Assembly: GCA_902469965.1 (NCBI GenBank)
Contig: CABREP010000001.1
Location: 26,807 to 90,806 of the forward strand
DNA from: an uncultured Lachnospiraceae bacterium
GTDB taxonomy: Bacteria; Bacillota; Clostridia; Lachnospirales; Lachnospiraceae
DNA: 64,000 bases
Direction of reading: 5' to 3'
A program made the translations under genes and the position numbers. The notes under the pieces were generated by a model, which saw nothing but the letters and a program-made list of their open reading frames with translations, searched no databases and was not told the DNA's origin. Shown piece after piece: positions 25,702 to 34,896 of this stretch; the stretch's first letter is position 1, and each line of letters starts with the position of its first letter.

Positions 25702-26967
25702 ATGGGGAAGAGAAAGGTCGGGATCCTGCCGGCGGCGGGGGCAGCTTTCGGAGCGCTTCTGCTGGCGGGGGGAGTGATGCTGCTCGGGCAGGATCATTTT
25801 GCCCGGGGGAAGCTGCTGCTGGCAAATGCCTGGGAGCGGATTGAGGACAAGGCTCTCCAGGCGTATGTCCCCAGGATTTATTATGATCCGGAGCGGGAGG
25901 AAGGGTCATTCTGGGAGAGAGCCGGACGGCTGGTGGAGGATTCTCTTGCCTGCTGGAATTATATTCGGGCCGGGGAGGAGACGGTCTGCCTGGAGGATGA
26001 GTCTACCTGGGAAGCAATCGAGGAGGCGACACACAAGTCTATCGCAGAGCGCCTGAAGGAGAGCGGGGAGGCAGTTCCTGCGCCGGCACCGGAGGAGACG
26101 GACGCAGAAGACACAGAGGATACAGAAGACGCGGAAGACACAGAAGACGGTGAGAAGCCTCTGGAGGCGGCCTTTACCCTGCCGGAACAGCAGGCCGTGC
26201 TGTCCCTGGAAAAAATGCAGGATTTTGATTATCTTCTGAATAATTTTTTTGTTCTGGATCCCACAACTACGATCACCCGGGAGGAGCTGAATCTTGACAG
26301 TCTCCTGGGAAAAGATCTGACGATGAAACAGGATAATTCAGCACCTCAGATTCTGATCTACCACAGTCATTCGCAGGAAGGATTTGCAGATTCTGTAGAA
26401 GGAGATCCGTCCACTTCTGTGGTGGCAGTGGGAGATTATCTGGAACAGATCCTGACAGAAGAATACGGGTATCAGGTGATCCATATGCGGGATACTTTTG
26501 ATCTGGTAGACGGCGTATGGGACAGGAGCGCGGCCTACGATTATGCGCTGGAGAAGGTGGAACAGGTGCTGGCAGAAAATCCCTCCATCGAAGTAGTGAT
26601 CGATCTTCACCGGGATGGTGTGCGGGAGGATGTGCGCCTGGTGACAGAGGTGAACGGCAAGCCCACCGCCCGGATTATGTTCTTTAACGGCCTGTCTAAA
26701 AGCAGGACGAACGGGCCGATTGAGTATCTCTACAATCCGTATATCGCGGATAATCTGGCCTTCTCTTTCCGGCTGGAATATGAGGCGGCTCAATATTATC
26801 CTGACCTGACAAGATGCGTTTATCTGAAATGCTACCGCTATAACCTTCACGTACGTCCCAAGTCGCTGCTTCTGGAGGTGGGAGCGCAGACGAATACGCT
26901 GGAGGAGGCGAAAAATGCGATGGAACCCTTTGCGGTGATTTTAAATAAAGTACTAAAAGGGACATGA
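25702..26967 (+). CDS. spoIIP: Stage II sporulation protein P
   Basis: It has ILIYHSHSQEGF...VIDLHRDGV...RIMFFNG motifs, an N-terminal TM and an acidic low-complexity linker. Confidence 0.9.
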   Translation: MGKRKVGILPAAGAAFGALLLAGGVMLLGQDHFARGKLLLANAWERIEDKALQAYVPRIYYDPEREEGSFWERAGRLVEDSLACWNYIRAGEETVCLEDESTWEAIEEATHKSIAERLKESGEAVPAPAPEETDAEDTEDTEDAEDTEDGEKPLEAAFTLPEQQAVLSLEKMQDFDYLLNNFFVLDPTTTITREELNLDSLLGKDLTMKQDNSAPQILIYHSHSQEGFADSVEGDPSTSVVAVGDYLEQILTEEYGYQVIHMRDTFDLVDGVWDRSAAYDYALEKVEQVLAENPSIEVVIDLHRDGVREDVRLVTEVNGKPTARIMFFNGLSKSRTNGPIEYLYNPYIADNLAFSFRLEYEAAQYYPDLTRCVYLKCYRYNLHVRPKSLLLEVGAQTNTLEEAKNAMEPFAVILNKVLKGT

Positions 26968-27054
26968 CAAAAAGACAAAAATATGGTATCATTGCCCCGG
27001 ATAGTATACGGATTAAGAGAAGGCGGGAGTGATCCCGAACAGGAGGAAAGATAG

Positions 27055-28869
27055 ATGGCGGCAATGGATCAGAGCAAAATTCGTAATTTTTGCATTATTG
27101 CGCATATTGATCACGGAAAGTCTACCCTGGCTGACCGGATCATAGAGAAAACAGGACTTTTGACAGAGCGGGAAATGCAGTCTCAGGTGCTGGATAATAT
27201 GGATCTGGAGCGGGAGCGGGGAATTACCATAAAGGCACAGACCGTACGGATCGTCTATAAGGCAAAGGACGGGGAAGAATATATTTTCAATCTGATCGAT
27301 ACCCCGGGACATGTAGACTTTAATTATGAAGTTTCCCGGAGCCTGGCAGCCTGCGACGGGGCGATTCTGGTGGTAGATGCCGCCCAGGGCATTGAGGCGC
27401 AGACACTGGCCAATGTATATCTGGCACTGGATCATGATCTGGATGTGATGCCGGTGATCAATAAGATTGATCTGCCCAGCGCAGATCCGGAGCGGGTGAA
27501 AGCGGAGATTGAGGATGTAATCGGGATCGAGGCGGAGGATGCCCCCCTGATTTCAGCCAAAATGGGGCTGAATATCGACCAGGTGCTGGAGCAGATCGTG
27601 GAGAAAATACCGGCGCCCCAGGGAGATCCGGACGCGCCTCTTCAGGCGCTGATTTTTGACTCCCTGTACGATCCGTATAAAGGAGTGATCGTATTCTGCC
27701 GTATCAAGGAGGGACGCGTCTCCAGGGGAACGCCGATCAAAATGATGGCTACCGGGGCGTCTTTTGAGGCGGTGGAAGTGGGATACTTTGGAGCCGGGCA
27801 GTTCATTCCCTGCGAGGAACTCTCCGCCGGTATGGTAGGTTACATTACGGCCAGCATTAAAAATGTGCAGGATACCCGGGTGGGAGATACCGTGACAGAC
27901 AGCAGGAATCCCTGCAGGGAGCCGCTTCCGGGCTATAAAAAAGTAAATCCCATGGTATACTGCGGGCTTTATCCGGCGGATGGATCCAAGTATGGAGATC
28001 TTAGGGATGCGCTGGAGAAGCTGCAGTTAAATGATGCGTCTCTGTTCTATGAGCCGGAAACGTCCGTAGCGCTGGGATTTGGATTCCGCTGCGGTTTTCT
28101 GGGGCTTCTCCATCTGGAGATCATCCAGGAAAGACTGGAGAGAGAGTACAATCTGGATCTTATCACGACGGCGCCCAGCGTTATCTATAAAGTGCATAAG
28201 ACAGATGGAGAGGTAATCGATCTGACAAACCCCACCAACCTTCCGGATCCTTCAGAGATTGAATATATGGAAGAGCCCATGGTGGCAGCGGAAATTATGG
28301 TGACCACAGAATTTATCGGACCGATTATGGATCTGTGTCAGGAACGCCGGGGACAGTATCAGGGAATGGAATACATGGAAACAACCCGGGCGCTGTTAAA
28401 GTACCATCTTCCCCTGAATGAGATCATTTATGATTTCTTCGATGCTTTAAAATCCCGTTCCAGAGGTTATGCTTCTTTTGATTATGAACTTCTGGGTTAT
28501 GAGCGCAGCGAACTGGTGAAACTGGATATCCTGGTGAACAAGGAAGAGGTGGATGCCCTGTCCTTTATCGTGTTTGCGGGTTCGGCTTATGAGCGGGGCA
28601 GAAAGATGTGCGAGAAGCTGAAGGAAGAGATTCCGCGCCAGCTTTTTGAGATTCCCATTCAGGCAGCGGTGGGCAGTAAGATCATTGCCCGTGAGACGGT
28701 AAAAGCGCTGCGAAAAGATGTGCTGGCCAAATGTTACGGCGGTGATATTACGCGGAAGAAGAAACTTCTGGAGAAACAGAAGGAAGGAAAGAAGCGGATG
28801 CGCCAGGTGGGAAATGTGGAAATTCCACAGAAAGCATTTATGAGTGTGCTGAAACTGGATGACGATTAA
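27055..28869 (+). CDS. lepA: Translation elongation factor 4
   Basis: 604 aa with [28 protein letters not shown] and NKIDL GTPase motifs and a LepA C-terminal domain. Confidence 0.97.
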   Translation: MAAMDQSKIRNFCIIAHIDHGKSTLADRIIEKTGLLTEREMQSQVLDNMDLERERGITIKAQTVRIVYKAKDGEEYIFNLIDTPGHVDFNYEVSRSLAACDGAILVVDAAQGIEAQTLANVYLALDHDLDVMPVINKIDLPSADPERVKAEIEDVIGIEAEDAPLISAKMGLNIDQVLEQIVEKIPAPQGDPDAPLQALIFDSLYDPYKGVIVFCRIKEGRVSRGTPIKMMATGASFEAVEVGYFGAGQFIPCEELSAGMVGYITASIKNVQDTRVGDTVTDSRNPCREPLPGYKKVNPMVYCGLYPADGSKYGDLRDALEKLQLNDASLFYEPETSVALGFGFRCGFLGLLHLEIIQERLEREYNLDLITTAPSVIYKVHKTDGEVIDLTNPTNLPDPSEIEYMEEPMVAAEIMVTTEFIGPIMDLCQERRGQYQGMEYMETTRALLKYHLPLNEIIYDFFDALKSRSRGYASFDYELLGYERSELVKLDILVNKEEVDALSFIVFAGSAYERGRKMCEKLKEEIPRQLFEIPIQAAVGSKIIARETVKALRKDVLAKCYGGDITRKKKLLEKQKEGKKRMRQVGNVEIPQKAFMSVLKLDDD

Positions 28870-28879
28870 AGAATAGAGA

Positions 28880-28938
28880 AAAAAAGTGCCGCGGCAGAAT
28901 GTATCTTTGAAGATGCGTTCTGCCGCGGCACTTTTTTG
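28880..28938. terminator. Bidirectional terminator between convergent lepA and the L,D-transpeptidase gene
   Basis: GTGCCGCGGCAGAA (28886-28899) pairs with TTCTGCCGCGGCAC (28918-28931). It is flanked by A7 on the 5' side and T6 on the 3' side. Confidence 0.85.
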
Positions 28939-28964
28939 CGACTCCATTTTTGTACTCTGACTGT

Positions 28965-30470
28965 TTAGGATGGTTCTTCTTCCGGAACCAGCGTGTAAGG
29001 TTCGGTGTAGTACATAATGACAGGCGTTCCGGTCTCCAGCATTTCGTAAAGAGTGGCAGCTTCGCTGTCTCTCATGTTGATGCAGCCGTGAGAACCATTG
29101 TTGATGTAGGCTGTTTTGCTCCAGTCAGTCCGGACATGATTGGCCTCGGCATCATGAAGTCCGATTCCCAGTTCGGGAATGATCAGCATCCAGTAATCAC
29201 AGGGAGTTTCATACAGAACTTTTCCGGCGGAGTTGGTTCCCTTCATGATATGATCCAGTTCTTTATTAGCGATACGGAAAGAACCGGCCGGAGTGTAGCG
29301 CCAGGTTGTCATTCGCCCGGAAACAATGCTGTCGGTCTCGAAAGCAAGCTGTCCGTCTTTGTAGAACCAGAGATGCTGGGCGGTCAGGTTGATCTCCAGG
29401 TAAGTATCGCCGAGCCCGTGATTTTCTTTTCCCTTTTCCCGGTGCAGGTATTCCGGTTCTTTTGTGGCGACTTTGTGTTCCGCAATCAGCTGCTTCAGAA
29501 CTTCTGCTTCAGCCGCTTCATCCGTCTCATAGCCGTAAGTGTTATATTCGCTGACGGGAATTGTAATGGTTCCATTATTTGTTGAATCAAAAAGCCGTTC
29601 CTTTTTTACGTTATCCACCTTTTTCCCCATTTCCCGGAGGAAGGCTTTCAGGTGTTCATTAAAATAATCTTCATTTTTGGTGAAGGTTCCATCGTCGTTC
29701 TGTACCAGCCAGGTTTTCAGAAGTTCTGGGGTGACTTCCATTGTAGAACCGTCAGGCAGATTATAAGTGATGTGAGCGTTGGCCCACTCGTTGAGCTGCT
29801 TGGCCTGGGTGGAAAGAAGGGAATCTTCATCGGAACGGTACTGAGGCTGCTGATAAAGTCCCAGAGCATCCACGTCCACTTCTTCTTCCCGGTTTGAGAC
29901 GGCCTCCTTTACCGCATCAATAACGGCATCGGGAGCCAGTGTTGTTCCCTCTGAGTGAGGCGTCACTGTGTACTGATTATTTTCATAGGTTAAAGCGGCG
30001 TCTACCGGCGCTTCCATATTGGCTGTCTGCAATTCCGGAAGGGAGGACAGCAGTTCGGATAATTTTTCTTCATTATATACGGGGGAACCGGTGATTGTGT
30101 ACTCGTGAGATTTTCCCTGTTCAAAAATCCACATCAGAGGATTCTGCTGATCAAGAAGATCAGATACCGGACTGTCCAGCAGATAGCTGTACTGGAAATC
30201 AGCCCCGGAAATCGTTTCGGTCTTGTCATTTCGGAATTTCAGAGTCAGAGTGTATTCGCCATTGGCGCCGATCAGACTGTTTTCCGTTTCTTCCGGTGTC
30301 ATTCCTGAATAATCAATGTTGTTTATGATGGTGTGGGGATAAAAAGTTTTGCTGTACTTCATGGCCATGTAGGCATAAAATCCGACAAAGATCAGAAGCA
30401 GTACCAGAAAACTCAGCACCACACTGAGGATGATTAGTTTTTTCTTGCTCTTTTTTGTTTTGCTTTCCAT
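28965..30470 (-). CDS. L,D-transpeptidase (YkuD catalytic domain) with N-terminal TM anchor and YoaR/PG_binding_4-like repeats
   Basis: 501 aa. The C-terminal catalytic motif is GSHGCINMRDSEAATLYEML. It is a paralog of 30599-32284. Confidence 0.9.
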   Translation of the reverse strand: MESKTKKSKKKLIILSVVLSFLVLLLIFVGFYAYMAMKYSKTFYPHTIINNIDYSGMTPEETENSLIGANGEYTLTLKFRNDKTETISGADFQYSYLLDSPVSDLLDQQNPLMWIFEQGKSHEYTITGSPVYNEEKLSELLSSLPELQTANMEAPVDAALTYENNQYTVTPHSEGTTLAPDAVIDAVKEAVSNREEEVDVDALGLYQQPQYRSDEDSLLSTQAKQLNEWANAHITYNLPDGSTMEVTPELLKTWLVQNDDGTFTKNEDYFNEHLKAFLREMGKKVDNVKKERLFDSTNNGTITIPVSEYNTYGYETDEAAEAEVLKQLIAEHKVATKEPEYLHREKGKENHGLGDTYLEINLTAQHLWFYKDGQLAFETDSIVSGRMTTWRYTPAGSFRIANKELDHIMKGTNSAGKVLYETPCDYWMLIIPELGIGLHDAEANHVRTDWSKTAYINNGSHGCINMRDSEAATLYEMLETGTPVIMYYTEPYTLVPEEEPS

Positions 30471-30534
30471 TCATTAAGTCCTTCTTTTCTAAAAGTGTCG
30501 ATTCCTGTCAACACTTCTATTATAGGAGGTGAAC

Positions 30535-30571
30535 GGGAAATTGTAAATATGTCAGAGGCTTACAAATTATT
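30535..30571 (-). promoter_or_regulatory. Conserved upstream motif shared by both ldt paralogs (copy 1)
   Basis: The plus-strand sequence GGGAAATTGTAAATATGTCAGAGGCTTACAAATTATT aligns with 32345-32379. In gene orientation the core is CATATTTACA, 72-81 nt upstream of the start. Confidence 0.4.
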
Positions 30572-30598
30572 AAAGATTGCAAAATTTTTGTGAACCGG

Positions 30599-32284
30599 TT
30601 AAAGCCCCTCCGGCTCCGGAGTGGGAGGAGCCGGGGTTTCCGTTGGAGGAACCGGAGTGGGGGTCGGCGGTTCCGGAGTAGGAGTCGGGGGAACCGGAGT
30701 GGGAGTCGGCGTGCTGGGCGCCGGAGTAGAAGGAGTCTCGGCCGGAGGAGTGGGCGTAGAAGTTGCAGCCGGCGGCTTTGGATTCTGCGCATATTTTTCA
30801 GCCGGGGAGAGTTCTTTCCGGAGCGTGTAAGGTTCTGTATAGTAGACAATTACAGGAGTCCCCACTTCGACGGACTCATAGAGTGTTCTGGCATCGCCCA
30901 GGTGCATATTGATACAGCCGTGGGAGCCATTTGTAAGGTAGGCGGAAGTGCGCCAGTCAGAACGGCCGGTATCGTAATCGTGGAAACCAATCCCTACGCT
31001 GGGAATGAAGGGCATCCAATAAGTACATTTGGCGGTGTAAATTGGTTTGCCGGTAGCGGGATCAATCTCGCCCTTCATGGTATGCGGGCTCTTTTTGGAA
31101 GCCAGCGTATACCAGCCGGCCGGAGTGTAGCGCCAGGTTGTCATTGTTCCGGAGACAATGTTGGTATCAAAGGCGAGTTCTCCGTTTTTGTAATACCACA
31201 GATGCTGGCGGGTCAGGTTAAGTTCTACGTAAGTGCCGCCCACTCCGTGGTTTCCGGATCCGCCTCCTGTAGTCAGGTAAACAGGCTCGCGGGTGATAAC
31301 CTGATGTTCGGCAATCTGTGTTTTCAGAGCTTTCAGCTCTCCTTCCACATCCATCTGGTATCCGGTGTAGGTGCTCAGATCTCCGTAGGGAACGGAAATA
31401 GTTCCGTCCAGCGTGGTGTCAAAGAGATGTTCTTCGCCGGAAAAAGAGGTTTTGGCGTTCAGCTCTTCCACAAAAGAACGGAGATGTTCTTCAAAAACGG
31501 CCTCGTCTCTGGCGTAGCTGCCGTCTTCATTCTGGGTCAGCCAGCTTTTCAGAAGTTCCGGGGTCAGTTCGGCTGAAGAGCCGTCAGGGAGTGTGTAGGT
31601 AATATGAGCGTTGGCCAGTTCGTTCAGCTGTTCCGCCTGAGCAGCCAGTCCGGGATCGTCCGAGAGGAGAGCAGGTTTGGCATACAGATCTTTTTCTTCC
31701 AGATCAAGCCGGGGTTCTCCGCTTTTGACTGCGTCCTGTACCGCCGTCAGGACAGCGGCTGGATCCAGGGTTGTCCCTTCGCTGGCTTCTGCAACGGTGT
31801 AGCTCCCATCCTGGTAAACAACCTGGGCATCCGCGGGAGCGCTCATCGTTTCCTCCTGAAGCTGGGGGAAGGTAAGAAGCAGTTCTTTTAAGGCGTCTTC
31901 TTCGTAGGTGTATGTATTTTCCAGGGTATAGGTATGATCTTTTCCGGTTTCTGTGATCCAGAGCAGTGGATTCTGTTCGGAGAGGATGGACTGAACCGCC
32001 CCGTTGGGAACATAAGTGTAGTTAAAATCGCTGCCGGTGATGATCTGGGTTTCCCCGCCCCGGAAGTTAAGTTCCAGAGTGTAACGATCGATGGAGTCCT
32101 GGATGCGCTGCTCCACTTCGGAGGCCGTCATTTCCGAACAGTCCACACCGTTGATTACTGTGTTGGGGAAAAAGATTTCCCGGTACTTTCTGCCCATGGC
32201 CAGGTAGGCAGTGAAAATTGCCGCAAGGCACACAAGAGTGCCGAGTACAGAGGCCAGAATGATCATTTTTTTCTTTTTTTTCAT
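30599..32284 (-). CDS. L,D-transpeptidase (YkuD domain) paralog with a C-terminal Pro/Thr-rich tail
   Basis: 561 aa with the catalytic motif GSHGCINMHLGDARTLYESV and a C-terminal run of about 60 aa of the form PTPTPVPPTPTPEPPTPTP. Confidence 0.9.
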   Translation of the reverse strand: MKKKKKMIILASVLGTLVCLAAIFTAYLAMGRKYREIFFPNTVINGVDCSEMTASEVEQRIQDSIDRYTLELNFRGGETQIITGSDFNYTYVPNGAVQSILSEQNPLLWITETGKDHTYTLENTYTYEEDALKELLLTFPQLQEETMSAPADAQVVYQDGSYTVAEASEGTTLDPAAVLTAVQDAVKSGEPRLDLEEKDLYAKPALLSDDPGLAAQAEQLNELANAHITYTLPDGSSAELTPELLKSWLTQNEDGSYARDEAVFEEHLRSFVEELNAKTSFSGEEHLFDTTLDGTISVPYGDLSTYTGYQMDVEGELKALKTQIAEHQVITREPVYLTTGGGSGNHGVGGTYVELNLTRQHLWYYKNGELAFDTNIVSGTMTTWRYTPAGWYTLASKKSPHTMKGEIDPATGKPIYTAKCTYWMPFIPSVGIGFHDYDTGRSDWRTSAYLTNGSHGCINMHLGDARTLYESVEVGTPVIVYYTEPYTLRKELSPAEKYAQNPKPPAATSTPTPPAETPSTPAPSTPTPTPVPPTPTPEPPTPTPVPPTETPAPPTPEPEGL

Positions 32285-32344
32285 AATGGATTCCTTTACT
32301 GGGGATAACTATAGATTTGTCAGTTTTATTATGCCATCTGAGGA

Positions 32345-32379
32345 AGAAAATGTAAATATGGCAGGTCTTAAGAAATGTT
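32345..32379 (-). promoter_or_regulatory. Conserved upstream motif shared by both ldt paralogs (copy 2)
   Basis: The plus-strand sequence is AGAAAATGTAAATATGGCAGGTCTTAAGAAATGTT. The same CATATTTACA core lies 67-76 nt upstream of the start. Confidence 0.4.
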
Positions 32380-32469
32380 TACGCTTTTGAGGCAGTTCTG
32401 TGACAGATCCGTATACAAAGAGGGGAGGGTGTGATAAGATGAAGGGCGAAAGAAAGGGGAGAACGGGCG

Positions 32470-33594
32470 ATGGAGGAGAAAAAAATAGAGCTGTATCTTC
32501 ATATACCATTCTGCAGCCGGAAATGCGATTATTGCGATTTCCTTTCCGGTCCTGCGGATCAGAAGCGGCAGAGAGAATATGTAGAAGCGCTGAAGCGGGA
32601 AATTGCGGCTTCGGGAAAGAAGGAGGAAGTTTGTTCCGTATTTTTCGGAGGCGGAACACCGTCTCTGCTTCCGGCGGAGTGGATGGAGGAACTCATGGAA
32701 TCTCTTGCGGAACAGTTCCGTCTTGCAGAGGATGCGGAAATTTCCATGGAAGCCAATCCGGGAACGCTGACAGCAGAGAAACTTTCCGGATACAGAAAAG
32801 CCGGGATCAACAGGCTGAGTCTGGGCTGTCAGTCAGCCAGGAATGAAGAACTGAAATATCTTGGGAGAATTCATACGTATGAGATGTTTGAGGAGAGCTT
32901 TCAGATGGCCCGTGAGGCGGGATTTTCCAATCTGAATGTGGATCTGATGTCAGGACTTCCGGGGCAGAGCGGGAAGAGCTGGGAAGAAAGTCTGCGGAAG
33001 ATACTGAAATGGAATCCGGAGCATATCTCTGCATACAGCCTGATTGTGGAGGAGGGAACGCCCTTTGCCAGAAGAGAGCTTATACTTCCCACGGAAGAGG
33101 AAGAACGGAGGATGTATGAGGTGACGGGAACCCTTCTGGGGGAGGCCGGGTATGAACAGTATGAGATTTCCAATTATGCAAAACCCGGATTTGCATGCCG
33201 CCATAATATCGGTTACTGGATCCGAAGGCCATACCTGGGAATGGGACTGGGCGCGGCCTCTCTTTTTGGAGAAGTCAGGTATCAGAACACCTCTTCTATG
33301 GAAGCGTATCTGAGTAAAAGCGGGGAGCCGGAGAAAATCCGGGAAAATAAGGAAGAGCTTTCCCGGAAGGAACAGATGGAAGAATTTTGCTTTCTGGGGC
33401 TGCGCATGATGTGCGGGATAAGCCGGCGGGAGTTTGAGGAACAGTTTCAGAGAAGTATGGAAGAAGTGTATGGAGAGGTGATTGAAAAGCATAAAAAACT
33501 GGGGATGCTGGAGGAAGAAGAAGGCCGGGTACGTCTGACGCGGCGGGGGATCTCGGTCAGCAATGGAGTGATGGCCGATTTTTTGCTGGATTAG
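32470..33594 (+). CDS. hemW: Radical SAM heme chaperone HemW (HemN-like, oxygen-independent coproporphyrinogen oxidase family)
   Basis: It has the LYLHIPFCSRKCDYCDF CxxxCxxC motif and GGGTPS. Its position downstream of lepA is classical. Confidence 0.9.
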   Translation: MEEKKIELYLHIPFCSRKCDYCDFLSGPADQKRQREYVEALKREIAASGKKEEVCSVFFGGGTPSLLPAEWMEELMESLAEQFRLAEDAEISMEANPGTLTAEKLSGYRKAGINRLSLGCQSARNEELKYLGRIHTYEMFEESFQMAREAGFSNLNVDLMSGLPGQSGKSWEESLRKILKWNPEHISAYSLIVEEGTPFARRELILPTEEEERRMYEVTGTLLGEAGYEQYEISNYAKPGFACRHNIGYWIRRPYLGMGLGAASLFGEVRYQNTSSMEAYLSKSGEPEKIRENKEELSRKEQMEEFCFLGLRMMCGISRREFEEQFQRSMEEVYGEVIEKHKKLGMLEEEEGRVRLTRRGISVSNGVMADFLLD

Positions 33595-33602
33595 AATAAG
33601 AA

Positions 33603-33652
33603 AAACAGTATATAACAGTTGACAAAGTGATATACACTGTTATATACTGTTT
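33603..33652. promoter_or_regulatory. A 17-bp perfect inverted repeat bracketing the promoter of the GntR-ABC operon
   Basis: AAACAGTATATAACAGT (33603-33619) and ACTGTTATATACTGTTT (33636-33652) are perfect reverse complements. TTGACA at 33619-33624 and TATACT at 33643-33648 (18-nt spacer) lie within or between the arms. Confidence 0.6.
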
Positions 33653-33670
33653 GTGAACAGGAGGAAAGCT

Positions 33671-34042
33671 ATGAGGATTATTATCAATAATGCATCCCAA
33701 CAGCCCATTTATGAACAGATTGTAGATCAGGTGAAATCGCTGATCATAGATGGAGAACTGCAGGAACATCAGATTCTGCCTTCTGTTCGGGCTCTGTCAA
33801 AGGAACTGAAGATCAGTGCACTGACGGTAAAAAAAGCGTATGACAATCTGGAACAGGAAGGTTTCATTGTCACAGTCCATGGGAAAGGAAGCTTTGTCGC
33901 CAGCACAAATCAGGAACTTTTAATGGAAGAGCACCGCAAGGAGGTAGAAGCCGATTTAGAACTGGCCATTCTGAAGGGCAGACGCTGCGGAATGAGTGCG
34001 GAGGAGATCCGTGAGTTATTTGAGTTGATTTTGGAGGAATGA
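33671..34042 (+). CDS. GntR family transcriptional regulator, YtrA subfamily
   Basis: About 123 aa with PIYEQIVDQVKSLIIDGELQEHQILPSVRALSKELKISALTVKKAYDNLEQEGFI. ATG 33671 follows an AGGAGGAAAG RBS. Confidence 0.9.
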   Translation: MRIIINNASQQPIYEQIVDQVKSLIIDGELQEHQILPSVRALSKELKISALTVKKAYDNLEQEGFIVTVHGKGSFVASTNQELLMEEHRKEVEADLELAILKGRRCGMSAEEIRELFELILEE

Positions 34043-34896
34043 GTATGCTTTTGCAGATGAAAAACGTTCAAAAACAGTATCCGCAATTTAAGCTGAACTG
34101 CTCTCTCGAGGTCGCGCCGGGCCGGGTGATCGGTCTGGTGGGCCAGAATGGTGCAGGAAAAAGCACAGCATTTAAGGCAGTTCTGAATCTGATCCGGACG
34201 GACGGCGGAGAGGTTCTGCTTTTTGGAAAACCGGCAGACCAGCTGACCCGGGAGGAGAGGGCCGGGATCGGTGTGGTTATGGCGGAGAGCGGATTTTCAG
34301 GTAATCTGACGGTGAAAGAGGTGGCAAATGTGCTGGATGGCATGTATCCGGGAGTCTGTAAAAAGGAATTTCTGGAAAGATGCGGCAGTCTGGGGCTTCC
34401 TCTGGATAAGAGGATTCGGGAATTTTCCACAGGGATGAGAGCGAAGTTGAAAGTACTTGCGGCTCTTTGCCATAATCCCAGATTCCTTTTGCTGGATGAA
34501 CCCACGGCTGGGCTTGACGTGGTGGCACGAAAAGAGCTGCTGGAACTGCTTCGGGATTTTATGGATGACGAGAGCAGGGGAATTTTAATCAGTTCTCATA
34601 TCTCCACAGATCTGGAGGGGATCTGCGATGAGCTTTACATGATTCATCAGGGGCATATTGTCCTTCATCAGGATACGGATGTGCTCCTGGATTCTTACGG
34701 GGTGATCAAAGCGGATGAGAAACAGTATAGAAATCTGGATCCTGCCGCCCTGCTCCGCGTGCGAAGAGAGAGCTATGGGTACTGCTGTCTCACCGGTGAC
34801 CGGCAGTTTTATCTGGAAAATTATCCCGGTCTGGTGGTGGAGAGAGGAACGCTGGATGAGATTATCGATCTGATGATTCGGGGGGAGAAGCTATGA
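34039..34896 (+). CDS. ABC transporter ATP-binding protein
   Basis: It has Walker A GQNGAGKST, signature FSTGMRAK and Walker B FLLLDEP. The start overlaps the stop of the GntR gene. Confidence 0.9.
   Translation: MSMLLQMKNVQKQYPQFKLNCSLEVAPGRVIGLVGQNGAGKSTAFKAVLNLIRTDGGEVLLFGKPADQLTREERAGIGVVMAESGFSGNLTVKEVANVLDGMYPGVCKKEFLERCGSLGLPLDKRIREFSTGMRAKLKVLAALCHNPRFLLLDEPTAGLDVVARKELLELLRDFMDDESRGILISSHISTDLEGICDELYMIHQGHIVLHQDTDVLLDSYGVIKADEKQYRNLDPAALLRVRRESYGYCCLTGDRQFYLENYPGLVVERGTLDEIIDLMIRGEKL

Noticed and set aside
26098-26155. A short GAAGAC/GAGGAT repeat run (TEDTEDAEDTED) in spoIIP.
   Set aside because: It is an in-frame acidic low-complexity linker. It may vary in length between strains but has no independent feature status.
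30599-30790. A repetitive ACNCCN/CCGGAG-rich tract that looks like a tandem DNA repeat.
   Set aside because: It is the in-frame Pro/Thr-rich C-terminal tail of the second L,D-transpeptidase. The units are imperfect and there is no spacer-repeat periodicity, so it is not a CRISPR array or satellite.
28950-31576. Plus-strand ORFs 28950-29585 (211 aa) and 30590-31576 (328 aa).
   Set aside because: They are antisense to the two L,D-transpeptidase genes, whose catalytic motifs are clear. The plus-strand products include long R/S/G repeats mirroring the Pro/Thr-coding tract.
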